Source: Stylophora pistillata | Taxonomy: Eukaryota | Direction: 5' to 3' | Assembly: GCF_002571385.2 (NCBI RefSeq) | Contig: NW_019218082.1 | Coordinates: 124,001-188,000 of the forward strand | Length of the DNA stretch: 64,000 bases | Shown here: positions 1 to 10,736 of the stretch, in pieces | How positions within the stretch are numbered: position 1 is the stretch's first letter | Layout of the letters: every line of letters starts with the position of its first letter | Notes under the pieces: generated by a model | The model's input: only the letters and a program-made list of their open reading frames with translations | Database searches by the model: none | Told to the model about the DNA's origin: nothing | Program-made: the position numbers and the translations under genes

Positions 1-394
1 TTCGGGATTATTAGTGCGAACAGATGAGTGTGATTAGGAGAAGTGAAAATACTTATAAAATTTATCCCAACTTTGATACACCCGCTAGCAAAAAATGTTG
101 GCGGAAAAATTTTGGGATATTTGAGTGAATGTTCCTTGCTGTTCAAGGTGGCAAGTCTTAGCTAGTAAAAACAGTTACTAAATATCGCTCCAACATCCGT
201 GCAAATGATGTTGGACGAGTATCCGTTGGAAAATAAACATATGTTGAATACTTTTATGCGGGCCTGTAAACCTGTAATAAACTACGAAAGCTTAAACACA
301 GGCTAGTAAGAAAAGGTTTTACCTTCTCAGCCAGAGCTGATGAGTGATAATTTCCCTGAGTTTGAATATTTTTTACTTGTGCAGTTATCCTTAC

Positions 395-2464
395 CAAAAT
401 AGTTTTCACGAACATATCCTCAGCTTCACTCCCAATCGATGCAAGTGTGGCAAAATCCGCAGCGCATTTCTCTGAGGCTTGAACCCAGTTGACTGGACCA
501 GGAAAGTACTTGTATCAAATATTGTTGTACAGTTTATATCCATTAGGGCACTTTGCTGTTAAAATTAAAATCAGCTTGATTTAATTCTAAGGGCTCACGA
601 ATTTGTGCACGAGATATGGTTAATCGTTATGAATTATGGTGAGGATTGTCAAAATAAAAGCAGTCTTACATGGTCCTTGCTTTCCAACACCACTCCCTGA
701 AAAAGAACAAATTTTTAAAAAGTATAGTTATTGAGTTATTTCGTGCAGAAAGATGTTATTCATTCAATGACACAGGTATGAAAGGACAAAAAGAACTCGT
801 GGCTCCCAACTTGGAGTCAAACTTGCGACCTTCCAATTACTATTTTGGATTCTCCACCGTGGGACTGGGAGACTCATGGTAGGCTAGGTCGTTGAGCTAG
901 GTCCATGGTGACAAAATTTCTCCACACTGCTTGTCGGGATAGGAATGTTGATATATGTTGCGTATGCGCTATGATGATGTAAATGATGATGATCATTTTT
1001 ATAAGCCACAGATCTCTACCATGCGTCGACTACAAACATATTGTTATACCAAATGTACATTTAACAGCTTTTTTTTTTTACAAACAAACCTGTTACTGGG
1101 AGCACATTATGCAGGAAGTTTCCTTCGTTACCAGGAGGGTTAAATAAGGCGACGATGTAGGTTTTACCGCTTGCACTTTTCGCCTTTCCAATACCGACGT
1201 CTTGAGATCCAACCCAGACAAGCTGGGTAAAATAAGAAGACTTAAGAGATTCCTTTGCGCTGTGGAAATCATAGAATCTGATTTCATTATACCACGACCG
1301 CACGCTTTTAGCTGCGACGTCTTTCTCATCTTTGGTCGAGAAAATATTCTGACCATATTTGGAGTTGACGTCAATCTTTTCCTTGTCTTGATTGGCTAGT
1401 TGAGTTGCCCATAACTCGGCCTTGTTGGTTAGGTCGAGTGAGAGCTGAAGAGGAGCGGCGGCGTGCATCAAACGATACTTGTTTATCAATTGTAATTCCT
1501 TTTCTAAGAATGCTTCAACTCCTGCGAAGAAAAATGACTAAAATTTATTTGTTAGCTAAACCAAACAATTAAAGTTAACTCTTATGAGCCACGATCTTTT
1601 CTGTTCAGTTCATCAAAATTTGGAGCGACAAGGACAGTGTATAGGTTTAACAAGTGTCTTGTCCCTCCCCACCAATACTGGTCGGAAAATAACAAAAACC
1701 AAGTCCAAGTCTAAGTCTTCAGTTCAAGTATTTTTTTTTTTTTCACAATTACGTACTCCGGGGAAAGTTGCATCTGCAAGATGCGTTATTATACAACTTG
1801 ATCCTCTGTTATTTCGCAGTCCACCGATTTAATCCTGGTTTCACTCCAAGAAGAATGGGTCGGACATTGAAACAAAAATGAATAACTAAATAACTAATTG
1901 TGTAAAACATTTCGAAAAGATCAGTCATTAGTTATCGCTTGGAAAAAAGAGGGTAGGGAGGGTGGAGGATTTTAGGGGGATCTCGTGATTTCAGGGGTAA
2001 CACGGGGGGAGGGGTGTGAGTCGTCGTCGACAAAGTATAAAGTGGGAACTATAGAAAATTAACTGCCTATTAATTGCCATTGAGGGAGGGAGTCACGCTA
2101 ATATTAGAGAGCCAAAGAGGGGATCAGCTGAATATTATCGTGACACAACAAAAACACTCCCACCCTTCCCTGGTGATAAATTATGGCAGCTCCTAATTAG
2201 GACTCCTTTGTAATCGACTTTAAGTTGATTCATCTTTAAGGTATTTAATCAATTATGATTTTGAATTGGTAAAGATATCTTTCAACAAAGAGCCTGTGCT
2301 GCTATATATCGGAAAGAATGACAGCCGAAATGGTCGCTTGAAACTTCAAAAGGTAACCTCACATTACCTGGTGCCTTCTGAGAGGCTTCGGGTATAGGAT
2401 AGGGGGCAGCTTTTATTGTCACCACGAACAACAGCACAGTTTCAAAACACGTTCGGAGAAACAT
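395..2464 (-). CDS. Secreted CAP/SCP (GAPR-1/GLIPR2-like) domain plus C-type lectin domain protein, 3' partial; coding exons 2464-2368, 1521-1090, 555-395; in-frame TGA at 517-515
   Basis: Exon 1 has GCC-ATG at 2464 and signal peptide MFLRTCFETVLLFVVTIKA, donor CAG|GTAATG. Exon 2 follows acceptor ttcgcag and encodes CAP motifs NKYRLMH, YGQNI, SVRSWYNE, YFTQLVW, VGIGKA, YIVALFNPPGN, donor CAG|GTTTGT. Exon 3 follows acceptor ttttaacag and reads KCPNGYKLYNNI*YKYFPGPVNWVQASEKCAADFATLASIGSEAEDMFV, the N-terminal half of a long-form C-type lectin domain, donor TTG|GTAAGG. Phases (1, 1, 0) are consistent. Confidence 0.8.
765..950. mobile_element. Degenerate tRNA-related interspersed repeat (second copy at about 26285-26450)
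   Basis: Both copies show the same layout: acaaa(a/g)aa, then an antisense B-box-like segment (ggagtcaaac / ggaatcgaaac), accttc, gagact..atggt, and aggtc/aggcc. Confidence 0.4.
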
Positions 2465-3473
2465 GGCTGACAAGTTTCTATCGTCAAAAGAAGGAAACGA
2501 TAAGAAGTTAGCGTTTTGACTTGCTCATTATCAACCAGAGTTGATAATGAGGGGGGGGAGGGAGGGAGAGGGGAAGGAGAGCGTTCTGTTTACGGAAAGG
2601 TGTAAAAATATTCCTTATTGCTTCATGCTCATGCAATCCGTCAATGGATCCAGGAAAGTGGGCACTTCACTCGTAAAACACGAAGCTAACCCAACCTAAT
2701 TAACCATGCAGTACCCTCGCGAAAAGGGGAGGTACCAGATCAAATAATTCATTAGGTAAACACCTTTATTGCTGGTGCTTTAACGCTTGCTGTTGAATTA
2801 ATTCATTTTCATTACTTCCCTTCACTTTCCTTTAAATGGACAAAATTAAAGGTGACAGTAACTTTTAAGGCCTTGTTGTGTATATGAATGTCACCCAGCA
2901 ATGCTAGTCACTTATTCATAATTGCAAGGCGAGCAGAATAAATCTGATCACTGTCTTTCCATTAGGACTTTTCCTTAGCTATTAGCGGCTAGTTAAGCAG
3001 ATTCCGATTACAGATTTCGTCGTCACATGATTTTTAATTTTAAACTGGACAATATCAATGCGTTTTTGAGATTTTATTTGAATATGTTTCCGTCCGTCTT
3101 CGATTTTTCCACTTTCCACCTTGTCGGTTCTTATCCGTCTGTCACCAGCTACTCAAAACAGGTAAGTTTTTCTACCTTTAAGATCAAACTAATCACGAAG
3201 AAGAAGAAACAAAAAATCTCGTTGAACCAAGGTTTCGAAGCATATACAATCTCGAAACAGAAACCGGAGTTTCTCGCTGCAATCACCGCACCCAAGATTT
3301 ACCAACTACAATCTCAAAGTTGACATGATTGTGAGTGGCAACCTTGTCAATAAATGCATCTTCCCACACATTCAAGGTACGTAAATGTATTGCCATTTGT
3401 CAGACAATGTACACAAAAAATCATCTACCAATAGCTTCGTTTTGTCGAAAAGTGTTTTCTAAATAAATCTTAC

Positions 3474-3580
3474 CTCCACCAGTCAGCTCACTGTTATCCC
3501 GGCGTGAATCCAAACTTCTTGAAGACCTGTAGACGGAACTAAAAGAACCTGTAGTCCTTTATGTGTTTGATAATTCATGA
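3474..3580 (-). other. Putative non-coding 5' exon of the CAP-lectin gene
   Basis: Strong minus-strand donor GAG|GTAAGA at 3474/3473. The ATG exon has an acceptor (ttttgacgatag) 13 nt upstream of the start, so an upstream exon is expected. The 5' limit is a guess. Confidence 0.35.
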
Positions 3581-4599
3581 CCGAAGGATGACCGGAAGTT
3601 CGACTAGGGAACAAAAGATTTCATTGGCCGACGAGATACCTGTCTGTTGTCCCCCCATGATTCACTCGACAAGTCAGTGCGACAACAAATAGCAGACCGC
3701 ATGTTTTGATACTTAGCTTTGATCGCGCCAATTTAGATAAAACCTCAGTCTATAAATCGATGAAATAATTTTATCTTAACCGAAGCCGGTTTCCAAGTTT
3801 TGAAAAGCTGGAAAATGTACTGAAATTGGCTGGCAACTGACCAGCTATAGTTCATCGTAAAAATTTGTGCTACTCCACGACTTTTTTGCTTTTATTCAGC
3901 CTTGGGCCTACATGGCTACTAGACCTACTAAGGACTAAGGAGCTTTGAGTACAGTTATTTCTGAAAAGGGGCTAGTATCCCTTGGAGTTTGTATATGTAG
4001 ACGGATTGTAGGCGGAAAATGGGAAACGTTTTCAAACAAATTGCATTGAGAACATAACAGAACTCTTCTCCATACCTGAAGCCGAAAAATAAAACACAAA
4101 ACTCAAACTAACTCTACGTCTAATTATAGATGGAACTGAGGAGACCAATTTAGACTTCGATCGGGGGTGTTACCTAGCAAGACAGACAAGGAAAAACAGC
4201 TGAAAATCTTTCACTTCTATCAAGAGAGAATATCCACTTCTGGTTCTACTCTGCGCACTCTTGTCAGTCTTATCAAGGGGCAGTGGTGGAAAGAATTGGA
4301 GGAGGCTTAATCGCAAGATGCAAATAGTGAACTTATCAGTTACCGAGAAGGAATCATTTCAATGAAGAGGGTTTTCGTTTGTGGGATTGTACTAAGGAGC
4401 CGAGGAAGGCAGGTTTCGATGGGGGGGGGGCTCGCTAGAATTTGAATTATAGCAGTTGTAGTTTTGGTTAAACTTTGTAGACGTTGTAGCAGCATGACAG
4501 TGGTACATTAAACTAAAAGATTTTGTGATCCAAGACCCATGGCGCTTCACGAGGTTGCTATGGGAAATCGCCCTTACAACTAAATCAGTATTCTGAGTT

Positions 4600-4958
4600 T
4601 ACTTTATTTATTTAATAGCTTCGCCAACCGGCAGGGACGCCGCAACGGCTTTGCGCCAATTACTGCGCGCCCAATAAACCCACCCATCCTACCCCAGGGG
4701 AGGACATCCATCACACAGTAATCTCGTGTGTGGGAAATTAACTTCTCCTACCCCTAACCCTGCAGGAGATGGGACCTCCATTTATTCGTCCCTATCCGAG
4801 AAGACTAGAATATCTAATCATTTCTTGATGTTATAGAAAGGCAGCAAATTATTCTCAATTATTTTAAGACCCTGAGTGTTGGTCCGGCGGGGCTCGAACC
4901 CTCGACCTCCCGCACAACAGTCCAGCGCTCTATTCATTGAGCTAACTGGGAGGCGGTT
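4600..4958 (-). mobile_element. tRNA-derived SINE, family A copy 1
   Basis: Minus strand has A box TAGCTCAATGAATAGAGC, B box GGTTCGAGCCC, body CAGGGTCTTAAAATAATTGAG...TTCTCGGATAGGGACGAATAAA and an A-rich tail. Near-identical copies at 16170-16531 and 27035-27344. Confidence 0.85.
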
Positions 4959-5455
4959 AGCTCAATGGATAGGGACGCAGAGCTTTCGGGACGCAGAATT
5001 TACTTACGGGACATCTCCGCGTATACAGACACTCTGTCCAAGTCACCAAAGAACCCATCTTTTGAAACTTTTGATTATAAGATTAAACTTCACTTTAGAG
5101 GTAGATTATTATCGCTATGGTCCTAGGGATTCTGGGAGTATTGCCCTTTCGAAATATTCGATAAGCTTATGTTTAAATGAAGCTGTCCCTCGTGATCCCC
5201 GCGACCCTGAATTTCGTAATTCTCCATACCATTTTGCGCTTAAAATCATTTAAAAGCCTTTATGTTAGCGATGTAGGAAGAGAAAATAAATTTCAGCCGT
5301 TTTGAGTTACAGCAGGTAACCGTGCGTGAGTTTTCCCGACGATTCTCCTATCTTCGTCGTCTTGTTTTCGTACATTTACGACTAACCTCCGGATTTATTT
5401 CGGGTCATTGTCGTGAAAGTTGAAAAGTCATTCTCATTTTCTGACAGCGTACAGC

Positions 5456-6023
5456 CACAGGTGGCTCAAGCTCTGTCACAGGCTCTTTCACAGTGGATTA
5501 TTAAAGAATAAAGGCTGATATATTCGAAAGAAACTGTTTGGGGCTGCGTCGGTGGGAGTAACGAAATAATTTGGATATATCAACAAAGTTGAAATGATAA
5601 ATTGGCCACCGTAACGATTACAAAAAGCTGACGTTTCGAGCGTTAGCCCTTCGTCGGATTATTAAAGAGTTTGTATAGTGGTTTCGTTGGACTTGCTTTT
5701 GAGTTCCGTAACTGTAAAGTTGTGTGAAATAATCTAAGAAATAAAGTCTTACCTTCATAGAGAGTAGTCTGTGTTGTTCTCCTCGCGATGTGAGGCCGTT
5801 TTGATGTGTTTTCATATGTTTTGGCTTGAAACACATTAAAACGGCCTCAAATCGCGAGGAGAACAACACAGACTACTCTCTATGAAGGTAAGAATTTATT
5901 TCTTTGATTATTTCACACAACTTTACATTTACGGAGCTCAAAAGCAAGTTCAACTAAACCACTATACAAACTCTTCAATAATCCACTGTGAAAGAGCCTG
6001 TGACAGAGCTTGGGCCACCTGTG
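5456..6023. mobile_element. Foldback (fully palindromic) MITE with 8-bp TSD, P-element-like or hAT-like termini
   Basis: Termini CACAGGTGGC...GCCACCTGTG; exact TSD CGTACAGC at 5448-5455 and 6024-6031. Arms of about 200 bp pair around a short loop near 5820 once the 5508-5655 insertion is removed. Confidence 0.9.
5508..5655 (-). mobile_element. Truncated Penelope-like terminal-repeat insertion with partial minimal hammerhead ribozyme
   Basis: Flanked by 13-bp duplication GGATTATTAAAGA (5495-5507, 5656-5668). Minus strand begins GACGA-AGGGCTAACGCTC-GAAAC-GTC-AGC, a type I minimal hammerhead core missing its first CT. Confidence 0.8.
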
Positions 6024-6375
6024 CGTACAGCATGTCTTTTATCTTGACAATCTTTGGCTCGAACTCCAAGGTCACTGTTGAGGAAAAAATGAACAAATGA
6101 TCTGATAAATTGTGATATAAACGATCTCGAGATCAAAGTACCGGCTGTTGGATCGTGCTCCCTGTCCTTAGCACAAGACAGGATATCCGCTCGTCATATG
6201 AGCGTAAACAATTGACGGATTTGTCATTTGAGAGGAAGGGCAGGAAAAACGCAGATGAAACGTGAAACGAAACTCGACCCTTAGAAAAACAGCATGCTTC
6301 ACTGACACTTCCGATCAGTTCACGGTAGTCTACGTTTGGGTGACAAATTTTCATGTTGTTGCAAACGCTGCAGAA

Positions 6376-9300
6376 ATGTCGACGTTGATCGTGGATTTCT
6401 CTGGTTCAACGTCCTCTTTTTGGCGTGTACTCTTCGTTGCCGTTCTTGTCCTCTGTTTGGCTGGGAGTGGCTTAACTTGCCCAGAGAATTGTCTATGTTA
6501 CCGGACGCATGTCGGACCAACTGTGCGCTGTAACCATCATTCTTTGTCAAGAATACCCAATGTCCCAACTTCGACTGTTGTGTTGTAAGTAGCGCTGTAA
6601 TTGTCTTTGTAAACGCGTGCGAGCTGTTCGCCAACACAATGAACTCACTGTTTAACTTGGTGTCATTTTGGATATTTGTTTAAAAGGCTTTGAGAGGATT
6701 TAAGCACAACGTGAATCTCTTATATCGTGAGTCAGTTTAGCATATATGTTCCGACAGCATTTGGGTTCCTTCCAAATGCGATAAAAGATCAACTATGTTT
6801 TACATTTGTTCCTTAAAACTGCAAGCCATCGCCGAATTGTGGGCTTGCGATCGCTTAATCCGGTAAAATTTGCGGTTTTTATCGTTGAAACTCTGACGGC
6901 GATTCAAAGAAAAGACAATCGTTGGTCTGCCCTATTTCAAAGTTTGAGTGAATTTCGTCTGACCGGCGTCAGGATAATTACCGCAAAGAGGCACACGAAA
7001 AAAGTTTATTTTATAGATTTTTGATAACATAACGGCTTAGCATGAACACAAACATATGCCCGCCATGGTAAATTTCAATCCAGCAGCCTTCTGACATTGG
7101 AGATTGGCATCTCAAATCATGTAGACGCCATGCTAAGTCATTAGAGGCATTTAGTTTGATCAAATCTTTCCAAATCGAAACAGTGACGATTTCATTACAT
7201 GTCCGCTTAGGCTCGACTTCAGACTAGTTAATCCACATCTTTCAATCATTAGATTTGCTTTACGAGAGACAATTAGTTTTGCAATATTTCATCGAAAAGA
7301 TCTGCTTCCACCGCAAGAATTTCGTGACAGTTCTCGAACAACCCAATGTCGAATAATGCTGGAGATTTTTTTTGTCAATTCCGAAAAAACGCACTTTTGG
7401 ACCCACGAGTTCTCAAAATACGTGAGACATAAAACGTTTGATGAAAAATTCTTGGTTCCATTATTTTGAAATCAAGAGAACAGCGCCATTCCTCTATTTC
7501 GTGACATGTCACGTATTTAAGTGTTTTACTGCCATATGGTACACAAGACAGCCACTTTTCCATCTTTTTTTTAGAGTTTTCGAAGAGTATTTTATATTGC
7601 AAATAGATGTTTGAAGTCAAGTGCTCCGTTTACAGGCCCTTCAGGAATGAAGAAGCGATTTTAAGCATTCAACGCCTTTCTTTGTCAGACCGGAACAATT
7701 TGGCACTACGGCGCTGCGCCAATTTTCTCTCAATGAAACGTTAAGTAAAAAATATGCATTCCTGTGATGTATTGTGTTGGATTTGAGACTCGAGAAGTTA
7801 AAAAAACTTTATCAAGGTAATGTAAAGGTCGGAAAAGTTATTTAGTTTTACTTGACAAAGATGCTACCAGTAAGATTGTAAGTGTTTCCTCCTTTTGACT
7901 GCTCGCTGGAACAAGGGGAAACAAATTTTGATTTAGTTCTATTTATGCTTTGACTGCTAGATGCTACTACTTTCTCTAAATAATACGCTTGTTTTGCCGG
8001 TGAAAGTAAAGTTCTGCCTAAATTACCAAATCCGCTTCGATTCCGTCCCTTCCATGGACAGATTGTGTCTGAAAGTATATGTAGACAACACTTTTATGAC
8101 TGAGCCAGCAAATAAAACATCAAGCTGTTTAATAAAGAACTTTTTGGTCGCGTTAAAAAGACATTTCTCGTTATCAGTTTAAACAATTGGCTTGAGCTTT
8201 ATTTAGCGTAGTGTTCATTACTACGCAGATCACTCATGTATTAATTTATTAATCCACAGTTCACAGGTATGGTTTTTATATATTCACAGCCATTCAGAAG
8301 TAATTGCAATGTCTAGTTAGCCACACGTGCTTTAGTAAACGTTTAGACCATGCTTGATGTTTGTTGAATTGGAATCTTTTCTGGTTTTCTTGTCAACTTC
8401 CTGCCATCAACGAAACTACGTTTTGAACTGATCACCTTTTGTAGTAAACCAACCTTAAAGGATAGGCTTGTCAGTTGTCTCTTTGAACAACAAAAATGTA
8501 GGGGATCTCATAGTTTGCGATTGAATTCTACCCTCAAAGTTGAAGACTGGCTAAAATATTTCGAGTGGGACTTGGTTTGGGATGATTAAAGTGCTGTAAA
8601 AAGTAATTAAAAAACATGCTTTGTCGACTTTGGTGCGGTTTGATGGAGCATTTCCAAGATTGGTATACCACAGGAAAAATCATCTTGAAACCATTGTAAT
8701 TTCGCCCCACTCCTTTACGTAAGTAATGCCTTTAAAAGGATATACCGGTACTTTCCGAATTGTTTCTAAATTTGGCACTTTTCTATAGCCTTGCGCTGGA
8801 CATCTGAATACTGGAATCAAAGTTAAGTCCTCTGTGCCTATTTCAGTTGCTTGCTTGTGATTCTTAGTGTTCTTTGCTGAGTTGGTAAGATCCAATTTGA
8901 ATAACCGAAAAAGTTATTATCATATAGCTAAAACTATGATTGTTATCGGAGCTACAATCTTCAAATAAAGTGATTTCAGATTGCTTGATCTCACAAACAT
9001 TTAGGAGTGCTCAACGGAGCCAATCCTCAAAATAGCCGCTCCCCAGCCTCAGTTGAACTAGCTGGCAACTTTTTCGAATAGGTACGAATCTAGGCTGTGA
9101 AGGAATATTTCGGCGAATATTTGTCAGGTATTTTTGCTACAGTAGTAGAACTTCAACTATCCAACTCTTTCCTTCTAATGTTATTTTTCTCACCTATTTA
9201 CTGCTAGTAAATAACATTCACACTTTAATCCCTAAGAGTTACTGGCATTTCATTTCTCCTTCCAATATCACCCTCGAATCAGACATTACTGAGGTCAGGA

Positions 9301-10317
9301 GAATAAAGGAAATGGTTGTGAACTTAAAAAGCTCTTGATCGTTCGAGAAATTCTCCTTGTAAGTACCATAGATAACGTATAGAGAACAGTATGGAGAACC
9401 TGCATACTGATAAGTAAGAAGGGTTAATTAGTAACGAGGGTCATCGTGCTCTTTTACGAGAAGATTTTGTGAAACACACTCACTCGCGGGCTCCAGCCAC
9501 GAAAAAGGCTGGCATCTTGTTACTGCGCGTTTGCTACGCAGGACTGTAAATTATGCGCAGAGAGGATGAGTATTGAAAATAAATTAGTGACCGTGATGAT
9601 TCGATTTAGCACCCTCGTTCCATTAAGCGCCCCCTCTCTAATAAGCGTCACCTCGTATCTCTTTTTGTTAATAAGTGCCCTCATTCGAACAAGCGTCTCT
9701 AGACCGAAAAACGTATTGTTAGAGTCTATGGACATTGAGATCAACCGTGCTTTATCTTCCTTAAATTGCTCACTTAAAGCCTCATCACAAAAACACTTGT
9801 CTTCCTCTTAGTCTGAACAAGTATGTCCAGGTGAGTACACAGTTACTTCAAACGAATCATCATCTTAAGAAATCAGGCTAAATTTTTCTGCGCCAGAGCA
9901 GGGAGGATGCGTGCGTAACATTCTTCAACCGAAATTACTCTTCTTCCGACCCACTATGATAGTTATTGCCGCGTTGTGCATTCACAAGACCATATGCCCT
10001 TAGGACAGGAGAAACTGTGTCTGTACCTGCCTCTCCAAGATCTCATAGATTTGGAAATTTTTGCACCATCAACTACCAGAATCACGTTTAAAATACCGAA
10101 TTACGATTCGTCTTAATACTCATAGCATTTCATATTTACATAGTATTCAATATTTGCATTTAATTGATATCTATAATAGTTATATTTAGGTGTAACGTAG
10201 AAGTATTTGTAATTAATGACCCGCCTTGTAATTCAGTGTATACTGCAAAAGGGTTAAATAAACGATCATTATTATTATTATTATTATTATTTTTTAAAAT
10301 AATAATAATAGATTTAA

Positions 10318-10353
<36 letters not shown>

Positions 10354-10705
10354 CTCTTCTTAAAATTTTGCCATGATTGCTTGGCTCGTAGTTCTAGCCA
10401 GGAAGGATCCAGGGATAACAAATCAGTTTTCCAGTGTTTTCATCCTTTTTAAATAAACATCAGAGCCTTGTTTCTTGCACTCTGCTGTTTCTCAAAAAAG
10501 AAATAAGCGCCCTGTCCCATTAGATGTGCCCTATCCCTAATAAGCGCCCTGTTCCGGATTGGTGCCCCCCTTGCGGTACCCAAAAGGAAATAGGCGCCCC
10601 GAGCGCTTCATCTAGTCATTACGGTAATGCTAGCCCTTTTATTAGGTTACCATCCAATCTTTCGTTAACGAGCACCAAGTTTTCATCATATTGTTTTTAT
10701 TATTA

Positions 10706-10736
<31 letters not shown>

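Noticed and set aside
1061-1089. CAP protein ending at GLFVKKKSC*
   Set aside because: A donor at 1090/1089 joins in frame to a clear lectin exon, so this tail is most likely intronic.
4615-4740. HDV-like ribozyme in the SINE tail (TCCTCC and GGCGAA present)
   Set aside because: I could not build the P1/P2/P3 pseudoknot by eye; a covariance-model search would be needed.
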